A stretch of DNA of 64,000 bases from Paraspadella gotoi (lineage: Eukaryota; Animalia; Chaetognatha), in the NCBI GenBank assembly GCA_051294375.1, contig CM119265.1, positions 6,036,227 through 6,100,226 on the forward strand, in the 5' to 3' direction. The notes under the pieces are model-generated. The model had not been told where the DNA came from. It made no database searches and worked only from the letters and a program-made list of their open reading frames with translations. How positions within the stretch are numbered: position 1 is the first letter of the stretch; each line of letters begins with the position of its first letter. This document shows, one piece after another, positions 28,484-40,077 of this stretch. Position numbers and translations under genes: made by a program.

Positions 28484-31400
28484 ATGTCTTGTACGGACGT
28501 GATCGACTTGATCGACGACGACGATTACGACGCCCATGGAAGGGGTATGTGTTTCTATGAGATATTATTACAATCCCTTACGCTGAGTCCTGAAAATTAT
28601 TTTATTTTTTCTTCTAGGGCCACTTTCTGAAAGCCCACGACCTGTCCCCGTTGGGCTGGTGCGGAACGCTTATGGCGAGCCACCTCCTCAGGTTTTGAAA
28701 TGTTTTGTTCATCTTTATTTCTTTTTAATAGAATTAAAAGTGAAAAATTTCGTCTTAATTCAAATATGTACTCTCGCCATATCGTAATATATGGGCATTA
28801 TTTGCTAGATCAAGCATTGTTTAAGACTAATTTTTTTTTTTTTTTTCAGAGTTGGGTTTCCTACTCAAGCAATCAATGTCCGGTGAAGATCGTTCGTGGT
28901 CCGCCTCCTCAAGAAGTTCGGCGCCTTGCTCCTCCCCCTTCCACGCAATACCGCTCAGCAAGTCACATCGTGTTTCGTGCTGGTCCTCCAAACTTTGCTG
29001 TTCGTCCGAGCCCTAACATTCCTCCACCGACTAGGATTCTTCGCTTGCGCGCTCCTTATCCAAGTCGGCCGGGAGCGGCCCCCGTTCTTTCCCGCCCCGG
29101 ACCCCAAAGACGACCTGTCGACGAACATGTCGCTCCCGGCTACTTTCGCCGACAACCGGTCCCTCGATATGCTACTCAGCCGCTCGAACCCGCTCCTCAA
29201 ACTCCCTACCAACGACGCCGTTTTGCGGGACCAGCGTCCGCCCGACGGAATTCTCATCCGACCGCTCCCGCACCCTCGCGCCTCATCTTGCATGAAGACG
29301 TAGTAATTGACGAAGATCTTCCGCAACCTCTGAGGCCGGAAGACTTTGAGGGCGTTGATATGCAGCCTGAGTTTTCTAGCAAAACAATAGGACCCCCGTC
29401 TCGGAATACTTATTCCGCTCCTTCCAAAAATTTGTCCGCGACACTTTCTCACTCGTCTTCCTCGAGAAATAATAAACCCGTTCGAAGATCTGACACCGCC
29501 TCGCGTAAAGACGTTCGCGTGGATATCGAGTTTTCCGATAGCGAAAAGAGCAACAATGACGATTCGGACAACGACCAAAATTGGAAACCGAAGAAGGGAT
29601 TCGAAACCATTAAAATGCACGAGCGTGACTCGAGCGCTGATCACGGAAGGACACGGACTAGGCGAGAAGCCGCAGTCAGCGCTTCACGCGAGACTGATAA
29701 GAACTCCAAGAAAAGGTTAGTGGAAGAACCCGAGTTTGTTCCGAACCCGCGAGTTTCGCGTGTCAACCACGGCGAGCAGGAATATCCGTCTCGTCTCGTT
29801 GCGAAGAGGCGCAAAGTGGGTTCTGGAGGGTCGCGAGAAAAGGTGGATCTTGTTTCTCTTAGCGAATCTTCGGACGAGGACGAAGTTAGAATCGCTAGGT
29901 CGACAAAAAATACCACGTCTACAGCCGAAAAAACCGTTTTCTCGAACGATGATATGATAAAACTGATAAACCAGTTTTATAACCAGCAACAAATTCACAC
30001 TTCCACAATGAATCAACTCCTCATGAGCCTCTCCAAACCGACCGTGCCTCCCATCACTCCGATCGCTACTCCCGTTACTCAGTTGACTTTTCCCGCCACT
30101 CTTCCCAGCGGAATTTCGACGAACGTCGATTCGAACACCATGCAACTTCTACAGACGCAGCAGCTATTGTCCCAACTCTCCGCAGTTTCCAAAGACCCCG
30201 TACCCACCGACACACAGCAGGTGTTGCTGCAAATGGTGCAAAATCAGGTTCAGCAACTGTCCGAGTCCTTGCTTAAACCCCAGGGAGGTGGCGCTCAAAA
30301 ACCGGCCACTCCAAAAGCGAAGAACTCGAATAAAAACAATGGAAAGTCTGCCGTAAAATCTTCCGTTGCTGGGTCTGACGATGAAATCGAGGAAGTTATT
30401 CCGGTGATGCAGAAGAAGTTCAAAGGCAGGCGACGGATATCGGCTTCCGCTGTCATCGCATCCGACGATGATGGAGAAGCTGATGTAGTTCCCGTGGAAC
30501 CCGACAAAGTTAAAGCCGGATCGACAAGTGCTTCCCCTCAAGAAAAGACGACTCGTCTGGAAGGGGCAATGCTCCAACTCGTTCTTCCTAACGGTCGCGT
30601 GCTAAACGTAGCCCCGCAGGGACCCATGATTGCGTCTCTCTCAGAAATTCCTGCTGTTGAGAAAATGACTAAAGAAGGTCAACGATTGGACCAGCCGGGC
30701 ACAAATCCGCTTAAACAAACTGATGAAAACGAATTTCGAATTCTTGACTCGAGCGACGAAAGTGGCGATAATGAAAATGAGGTGGACCACTCTGCCTCCT
30801 CCCATTTTCAGCCCATTCTCAAGGAGCGGTTACGGGTTAATTCCTCTCCCAGGGAAAAATCTCTTGCGGCGCCGCCTGTAAAAGAGGCCGTGGTTCGATT
30901 AAGCCGGATCGACATTTCAAAGTCGTTTCGATCCTCAGTCAAAAATCCGACGTCAGGGATGGAGATTTCATCAGATGAAAACAAAAAAGATTTGGCCAGT
31001 GGAAGCTATTCCGAGAGCCGCGGGCGAGTTTTAAGCAAACCTCCACCCAAAGTTACCTCCAAGACGGTGATCCCATCGAAGAAGCTTGAACGAACCCGTT
31101 GTAATGATGCCGACAAGCTCAAGAGAGAAGACAAGGCGTCTGGGGCAAGAATCAAACAGAGCTCTCGACCAAAGCCCGGTCCTAAATCTAAGACAAAAAA
31201 ATCAGAAAAAAACTCAGACAAATTATTGAAAGAATTAAGATCTTTGGAGATACCGCAGACCGTTACGCATTTTAGGAGAGAACTTGGAAGTAGAAGGGGG
31301 CAAGAAGATAAAATCGAAGAAGTTCAACGGCAGAAAGATGAGGAAAAGAGACAGGAAGAACTCAGAAAAAAAGAGCAAGAGCAAAAAAAGAGAGAGGCTG

Positions 31401-33939
31401 AAAAAAAGAGGGATTTGGAGGAAAAAAGGAAACTGGAACAACAGAGACGGGAGCAAAAGGAAAGAGAGAAAAAGAAAAGAAGAAAAGAACTGGAGATGAA
31501 GAAACTGGAGGAAGCGGAAAGGAGAAGAAAAGAAGAAAAAAAACGAAAAGAAGAAAAGAGGAGGAAGGAAGAGAATAAAAAACCAAACGAGGAGATTAAA
31601 AAAAGAGATGAAGAAAAACAACGGAGAGAAGAGGCAAAGAAAATTGAAGAGGAACGATTGTATGCACTCGAGAGGCGGAGAAAAAATGAAAATGAACGGC
31701 GAACGATGCAACAACGTAAAAAGAAAAATCAGTTGGAAAAGTTGAAACTAATGCGGGAAGAGAGACGGCGGAAAAAATCGGGTGTCGGCGTCGAAATTAG
31801 TCGTAAAGGAATCCCTTTTGTTTCACCCGCGCGAAAGGAACCACCGATGACCTTAACGACGCCGGAACCTCGAGAGGCACCTCCGAAACGTGCGGCCGCC
31901 AAGTCACTTGACAAAAAGATTTCCAGCGACGAGGACGAAATTATCGTCACCGAGGAAGTTTTCGTTGAAGAGGAACAACCAAAAAAGAATCAACAATCTC
32001 AGGCCAAGACGTTGACCCTACCAATCAACCAATATTATTACGGATTCACGAAAGTTGATCATTCTCGTCAAGACGACGACACTTTGCTCCGCTACAAATG
32101 CCCCGACAAACGCTGCGAGATGAATTCCTTCTACGACAACGTTTCCACGATGCGTCACCTGCTGACTCATTTTAATCTGTCAAACACCGGTCTCGACGAA
32201 GACATCTGGGCCGACGTGACGCGTTGCGAGCGTTGCTTTGCTCCGTTTACCGGCCGCCAGGCAATGCAGTCGCATTTCGAACAAACTCACACCCCTCTCG
32301 TCACTAAGTGCAACGGTCCCCACCGCTGCAAGATTTGCGAAAAGGATTTGAAGGGCGAGATTAAATTCGTTCAGCACATGAGAAGTCACCACGTAGCGAA
32401 CGAGATGCCATTTAGTTGCCCCGTCTGCGGTTACCGCTCCAGCCTATTTAACATGGTCGTCGACCACTTTGTTCAACGTCACAACAACTCCAACTGGGCC
32501 CTTTGTCCATTTTGTTTGGAAGGATTTCAAATGTCGCCCGGCTCAGAGGGACCATCCTGGGGCTCTACCGTCAAATACTACTGTCATCTTAATATCCACA
32601 TGAACCGAAAACGTCACAAATGTCAGCAATGCCGATTGTCTTTCATTCTTGGCCAGCAACTCACTAGTCACATGGAGAGGGATCACCGGAGCATTAAGGG
32701 TGTGATACTTCGCCTCGAAGCCACCTCGCTGGCAGACCTCATCACCGTCTCTGTGTCCGAAGCCGCTTCGGCTACTGCTCGACGACCCTCTTCTGCGGCG
32801 GAGGATCGAACCAAGCTCCTCATGGCTTCCGTTGTAATCAACTTACGAGAAAGAGCCGGTAATCAGATCCGGTCGGAATACGCCGGACCAGCCAGGGTTG
32901 TCTACAACCTCCAATGTATCGAATGCCAGCGACCGCTTAATTTCGCCGGGCACTTTCGCAGTACCGCAACCAGATGTTACATCGAGTGCGACAGATGCTC
33001 TTACGTGACCAGCTGCAGTTTTTCTTTCTCTAAGCATCAAGTTTACTTTCATGGAACTCAGAATGAACCGATCCAAAGTCCGACCCGGTCGAACGACGGA
33101 TCAAGGGACGCGTTTTAGAATGCCTTTCTTGCGACTACTTTTCAAAATACGGAAGAGACATGGCTATTCACATGACGGAATGGGGGCACGAGGTTTGCGA
33201 AGTCGTGGGTGACGAAGGTTACTCTTGCTCGGTTGCCAAAAAAGTTGGACCCGCGTCAAAAACTATCGCCAAACAAGACAGAGTGATGGAGGGAAGGTCT
33301 AGAGAGACGGAAATTAAGACTAACGCCGTTGAAAACTTTGACGAACTCGCAGGACAGGTAGTCGACGCTCTTCTCGAGTATATCGATCCGGTTGGCACAG
33401 TCGTCAAAGAACTCGTGGACGCGATAGAAAAACAAATAATTGAAGAAGAAATTACGAGGCGTTTTCCAGTTTATGTCGAGGGATTGTCGGACGAGGAAGA
33501 AGAAGAAGATGAAAAAGAGTCGGGAATTGACGACGACGGAGAAAAAACCGGAAGTCCAGAAATGATTTGTCTTTCATCTTCGGAAGAGGAAGGCGATGAA
33601 GACTTATCGGAAGACGATCGTTTTTACAAGGAAAACTCCAACAGCGTTGACTTCGAAGAATACGATTCTCCCGCCAACGAGACTATTACCGAGGCGATAG
33701 ACGAAGCCACCGAGTACAACGCCGATAAAACCCTCGAACTCGAGATGATGGACGAAGATGAGGAAGATGCCGTCGCCGTGAACGAGGTGATGGATCGAAT
33801 TTTGAACGAACTCGATCCCGTTTCCGCCGTGCTCAATTACGTCGTCGGCGTCATCGAGGGAAACGAGACCGTCGCCAACGAATTGGCCGACGTCGAAAGA
33901 GATTTAAAAGTGGATTTGGTGTATTCATCCGACGTTTGA
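28484..33939 (+). CDS. POGZ/ZNF280/Row-like C2H2 zinc-finger protein with E/R/K-rich helical tract; frame break near 33065-33118
   Basis: CKICEKDLKGEIKFVQHMRSHHVANEMPFSCPVCGYRSS...HFVQRH...LCPFCL is the POGZ/ZNF280 finger cluster. The first exon is MSCTDVIDLIDDDD (28484). The last finger and acidic tail are in a different frame (33067-33939). Confidence 0.8.
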
Positions 33940-34196
33940 TTTTAAATTCTGCTATTATGAATTGTTTTTTATTTCAAAAGTCTTCACTCCTCAGTTTACT
34001 TTATTTTTTAAGTGGTAATCAACTACCATTTTTGTTATTTCACATGTAGCATAGACTCGAGATGCTTTGGTTATGCAAATACATTCTCTCATAGTTAAAT
34101 GATATTTTTTCTAGTCGAATATTCATCAGTTGTGTCGTTTTAGTTTTTTAGATTGAAAAATGATAATAAAAATGTAGAAAAATACCAATAAACAAA

Positions 34197-37108
34197 ATGG
34201 GGCAAGATTGTTGGTGTTGCGGGGCCTGTAAACCGCGTTACAAACGCCTCGTCGACCTCATATTCCCCGACAATGCCGCCGACGGACTCGTAAAAGGAAA
34301 CATGGAAAAGTTGACTTATTACGCCATGCGTTCGCCGGAAAAGCTGGATCGCATCGGCGCCTACCTCGACGTGCGTTTTCAAAAAGACATTTACCGCCAG
34401 CGAAAAGGCTTCGTCTTCATTACCATGGAGGCTCTTGACCTCCTTTTGTCGGCCTGCCGCGTAGATTCCGTCTCCCTCAACCTTTTCGTCGAGAGTTTTC
34501 TGAAGATGGTACAGCGGTTGCTAGAGTCGGGGGACCCCGAACTTCAGATTCTCGCCTCACAGTCTTTCAAGAACTTCGCCAACATCGAAGAAGACACGCC
34601 CTCCTACCACCGCCACTACGACTTTTTTGTCTCCAAATTCTCCTCGCTCTGCCACGACGACAACGCGGACGCTAAGGTTCGTCTGAGACTTCGCTGCGCC
34701 GGACTCCGCGGTATCCGCGGAGTCGTGCGTAAGACAGTCAGCGACGAACTCACCGTCAACATCTGGCAGAACACACATATGGGCAAGATAATCCCTTCGC
34801 TGCTCTTTAATATGCACGACACATCGACCCAGCGAGCCGTAGAGGAAGCCGAACGCCGACGCCTCGGCGGCCGGTCGGATTTCGAATCGGCTGGCTCCGA
34901 CGGGTCCGACGCCGGGGAGGACGCGCTTCTGCCGGCCAAAGACGCCGAGACTGCTCTCCGTGATCTTGTCTGTCGTGCCGCATTCAACAACATCAAGGCC
35001 GTCATCAAACCCGTCCTCGATCACTTCGACAGCCACGAGCTGTGGACGGCGCCCGGCGATTTCGAGCTGAAGATCTTCGATATTATCATGTTCAGCGTAC
35101 AGATGCAATATTCTCATGTGGTGGTGACGGAGTTGATTGCTCATCTGGACCGTCACATTAAAAGTGACCCCTGCGTCAAGGCCAAGATAATAAATGTGGT
35201 GTCCAAGGTGGTGCTGATTGCCGCCGGGGGTTCCATAGGCCCTTCCGTCCTGGAAATTTTTAACACTCTTCTCCGTCATCTGCGCATTTCTGTGGACGTC
35301 TCGTCGTCGAAATCCAAACCCCCGCAGTATATGCTGCAAATGGCTAACGAGCACAAATTACAAGAATCCATTATTACCACTATTGGGGAATTTGCCAATA
35401 ATTTACCGGATTTTCAAAAAATTCAAGTTTTGGAGTTTATCATCGCCAAAGTTCCTCGGCCAGTGGAAGACGAGTTTTCAGGTAAGATATTTTAATTTTT
35501 TTTTTTTTTTTGTTTTGTTTTGTTTTAGGGATTTATAGAAATACTTTTTACTAATAATTAATTTTTGATTTTTGATCCAACATTTAGCAAAAGTTTGTCC
35601 AACAATTATCCAAAATTCGAATAGAAAATAAGAACACTTACTACAATTGGTCCTATCTTTTTTTAAAAGGCAACATTAATGGCGGCGCCAGCGACGTTCT
35701 TCTTCAAACCATGTTACTAAAAACCTTGTTGAAGGTCGCCACCAAGTACAAAACTGTTCACTACTCACAAACCTTCACGTCCTCCTTCCTGGATCCTTTG
35801 CTCCGCATTTCACTTGCTCCTCATCCGAATATCCGATTGATCGTCCAAGAGATTTTCCACACCCTCATCGACAGGCACGACAACCTTGGAAAGTTAAAGG
35901 GCATTCGTCTGACGACGGACGTCCGGCGAATGGGTCTCGCTATCGAAAAGTGTCCCCGTCAGGACGTTGTCTTTATGAAAAAGACCGGGCAGCAGCTCTA
36001 CTGGAACCTCTCCGAGAGCATCACCAAAGAAAATAATTCCAGCACAAATTTGGAAGCTATTTTCACGACCCTCGCTCTCTTGGCCCTGGAATTGGGCGCG
36101 GAGGAGTTCCAAGTAGATCTCATTCGAGTTTGTCTCGGGCTGCAAAATCTGGCTCACGATTCCGAGTCCCTTCTGCCGGTGTTGCAGCGTTATCAAATCC
36201 AAGCAATGATCGCCTCGTTGTTAAACCTCGTGGCTCAATTGTCGGGGAAGGATGACCTCCATTCCCACGTTCAAGAGGTCGTGGAAAATCGTAAAAGATC
36301 CGCGCCATCATTGCTGCCGCAACTGATCTTCCCGAGGCAAACCTCTAAGGAGGAGGCCGACCCGCTCGGCGTCGTCGCCACAATTGCTGACGACGACGGG
36401 TGGATCGACAGCGTCGAGAGGTTTGACGGGGAAGACAGCGTGGACACTCCGAGAGCGATGGAGTTTCCCGTTGAGATTCTTCCCTCCGTGTACGAGGTTG
36501 ACGAAGAAGAAGGACTTTTGTTTTCGGAGGCCCGCATCTCCGATGCCATGGGTTGCGCCGTTACGCCGCTGCAGCCGCTGCAGCCAATCCAAAAGTCCCC
36601 GCGCAGCCTAAGCGACATCCAGTCCATCATATCGGACTCGTCGGAGGTTTCCGACCGACGTCTGTCCGTCTTCGCCCGGCAACAGGAGGACACCTCCTTC
36701 GACGCCCTCAAGAAGATCATGATGGGCGTTCAGTCGGAGGAGGCGAAGGCGGCGGCAGAGCAAAAGCGCCTCGAAGTTCTGGAAAAGTTTCGAACTTCGC
36801 CCTTCGAGGATCTCGTCGCCGCCAACGATGAGCATTCCAAAGCAAAGAGCCACCAACTTCGAGACATCTTAGACCGCATAACCACTGATTCGTTGGAGAA
36901 GGAAGCGACTCCACCCCCGGTTCCCCCGCCGCCGGATCCCGTAGCCATGACGATGCAGGACGGTGGAGGATTGGAAGATCATCTAAGGCTCTTCCTTCCC
37001 ATCATAATGGAGAGAACGACAGAGCCGAAGGCAAAGTTGTTCCAGGTTCCCGAATACAAACCTCCGTCGTTTTTCGAAATGAAATTTCCAGATTTGATGA
37101 TTTATTGA
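34197..37108 (+). CDS. EFR3: EFR3 homolog (PI4KA scaffold), 2 exons
   Basis: N-terminal Cys cluster CWCCGACKPRYKRLVDLIFP, EKLDRIG, FANIEEDTPSYHRHYDFFVSKFS, C-terminal FEMKFPDLMIY; intron ~35482-35669. Confidence 0.95.
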
Positions 37109-37677
37109 TCAATATATCTTTTTTTTCTCTTCGCCATATTAGACCTAGCTTTTCGAGCTATATTTTTTCATATTGGAAACAGCTATATTTCTAGTCGTCT
37201 TTGTGATTCGTTACATGAATACAATATACTTTTAGCAAGTCATGTAATTTAAATTTTTGACTCCCACATGCAAATATTACGGTGGATGTAATCAAGCACC
37301 AAATCATTTATTATTAATCTGTAACTAAGTTAATAATAATGTGATGATTATACACTGAAATCTAATATTCCAGTGCAATTACGAGTTTTAAATATAATAA
37401 TGTTAATGATTTAAAATATTTTTTTCTTGGCCTATCGTCTGGTTTTTAAATTATTTGCGTTTAAGAAACATACGATCTCAATATCATAATAAATTAAAAC
37501 CAATTAATTCTTAGTGTTATTTTTATTTAGCTAAACGTATTTATTTAGCGAACACAAAAATTTATTTTTTAAATGTTTCGAGCCAAAGTTTAAGCTCGGT
37601 CAAATTGTCATATTCCGACTCTTCACGATAATCCGCAGATGAGTGTATTTAACTAACATGAAAACTATAAAGTAACT

Positions 37678-39905
37678 ATGGATGAAAATCTCGCTCAACT
37701 GAATTCAAAATTCGAACATCAAAGTTACGTGTCGGGACACACGCTGAGCTCCACAGATTTTCGTCTCCATTCAACTATAAAAAAGTCTTATTCCCGCGAC
37801 TGGGAATCGTCTTTGCCTCACTTGCTTCGTTGGTGGCGCCACATTTCTTCCTTCAGTGCGTCCGAGGCGGCCTTCTTCGTCGACCCCATGGAAATATCTG
37901 GGGACGTGTCAATCAAAGACGGCGCGATCGATTGCCTCGATGCTCCGAACGGCGTAATCCAGGAAGATGTCGTCGATCCGTGGAACGTGCAAAGCGCCTC
38001 GGAAAAGGGCGTCGACTATGACAAGCTTATAGTCAGATTCGGTGTCTCCAAGATCGAGGAGGCGACAATCAATCGATTCCGAAAAGTCACCGGAGTAGAA
38101 CCCCACCACTTTATCAAGAGGGGAATTTTCTTCTCACACAGGTTCGTTTGTTAGTTTGAATGACTGAATTTATCATAACTTTCATCAATATTCCTTTACT
38201 TTTTCCAGAGATCTGCATTCCATTCTGGACCGGAAAGAGCGGGGCCAGCCGTTTTTTCTTTACACTGGACGAGGACCTTCTTCCGACTCCATGCACGTGG
38301 GTCATCTGATTCCCTTCGTTCTCTGCAAGTGGCTGCAAGATGTTTTCGACTGCCCTCTCGTCATTCAAATGACAGACGACGAAAAGTTTTTGTGGAAGGA
38401 TCTCTCCATCGAAGACGCCCATAGGTATATGAAATTGGTACAACCAATATAAAATTATCCATTCATTTAATAAATAAGCTATCTTGCCCCTGACTTTGGA
38501 CAGGCTTTGGTGGTTTAAGGCCTCCATCACTCTTACAAGATAATGACATAGCAGGTCCCTGCAAGCTTTCAATCAAGACTCTCTCACAGTCTCGTTTATT
38601 CACTCCCAGAGTATTTTACAAATATTTATAAAAATGATGTCGTAGCCCTATCGTTTTACTTTCCTCGTCCCTAATAGAATGTGCCTAGAAAACATCAAGG
38701 ACGTGATCGCTTGCGGGTTCGACGTCGAAAAGACGTTTATATTTTCCAACATGGAATTCTTTGGCCAATGCCCAGCCTTCTACCGCACCGTGCTTCGAGT
38801 TCAAAAGTGCGTCACTTACAACCAAGTTAAGGGAATCTTCGGCTTCGATGACTCCGACTGCATTGGAAAAATTTCCTTTCCAGCCATTCAAGCCGCGCCT
38901 TGCTTTAGGTGAATTTTTGAGAAATGTTTTACTCTGGTCGATCGAGGAAAATCATTGCGTATTTTTTATGTCACTTGATAACTATAAAAAATATAATTCT
39001 TAATCCCGACAGCGGATCATTTCCTTTCATCTTTAACGGTCGTCAGGACATTCCCTGCTTGATTCCTTGCGCCATCGATCAAGACCCTTACTTCCGCATG
39101 GCACGGGACGTGGCACCCCGCATAGATCTTCCTAAACCCGCGCTCATTCTTTCCGTCTTCTTTCCGGCGTTGCAGGGCGCTCATACGAAGATGAGCGCTA
39201 GCGATCCCACCACCTGCATTACGCTCACTGGTAAAGAATTCTGTCGACGGATCCGGATCAAATATTCTCGGGGTTTCACCGATGATTACATTCTCTATAG
39301 ATTCTGCTGCTACGATCAAGAAAAAAATCAACAAGTACGCGTTTTCGGGAGGCGGCGCCACGACGGAAGAGCACGTGGAGAAGGGTGGAAACTGCGAAGT
39401 GGACATTTCTTTTCAGGTCGATCCGTCTTTCAAAATATACCCGAGTCGGGTTAAATTTTATGGGTCAAAAATATTAACGTAAACCATTTTTTCCCTCCGT
39501 ACATAGTACCTTCGATTCTTCCTCGAGGATGACGAGAGACTGGAAGAGATTCGACGTACTTACACGTCTGGACAGCTTCTATCCGGCTATTTGAAAAAAG
39601 AATTGATTGAAATTTTACAACCGATTGTCAAAGATTTTCAGGTTATATATTCTGCAATGTTTATTGTTGAACATAAGTTGAAGGAAGGGGAGTGACTGAC
39701 GTTAAATTTTTGTTAATCGCAGGACCGTCGAGCGACGGTGACGGATGAAGTAGTCAAATCTTTCACGACGCCTCGAAAACTCAAGTTCACTTTCGACCCA
39801 CCGAAAGATAATGAGTCAGGGAAGAAGAAAAAAAAGAAAGACAAGAGTGACCGCCGTGATCAGTGGGCCGCTCAAGCTCTCTCAAAAGTACAATCTCCGT
39901 CTTGA
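37678..39905 (+). CDS. WARS1: Cytoplasmic tryptophanyl-tRNA synthetase with N-terminal GST-C-like domain and basic C-terminal extension
   Basis: [73 protein letters not shown]. Confidence 0.95.
38428..38613. repeat. 186-bp interspersed repeat (copy 1, WARS intron)
   Basis: Identical to 56506-56692 except for one A indel; a 24-bp terminal piece also occurs inverted at 49133-49156. Confidence 0.95.
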
Positions 39906-40077
39906 TGAAGAAAAAAACTTTTATAATAGTCGCTTATTAAGTTGTATTTTGCGTGGCTAACTTATTTTTTTTGTTAGTAAAATTTTACAATTTTGATCTC
40001 TTTCGATAATTGTTTTTAAGAGTAAACATGTGATCTGCATTTCGGATTCAATTGGTTTTAAAACTTTTAGAGGAAAC

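Noticed and set aside
33108-33120. Shifty-stop +1 frameshift at TTT TAG
   Set aside because: The +1 frame does not give the downstream zinc finger; the required shift is -1 and no slippery heptamer exists.
34557-35354. Long antisense ORFs over EFR3, IDH3, ZNF and other exons
   Set aside because: They are shadows of GC-rich coding sequence with no motifs.
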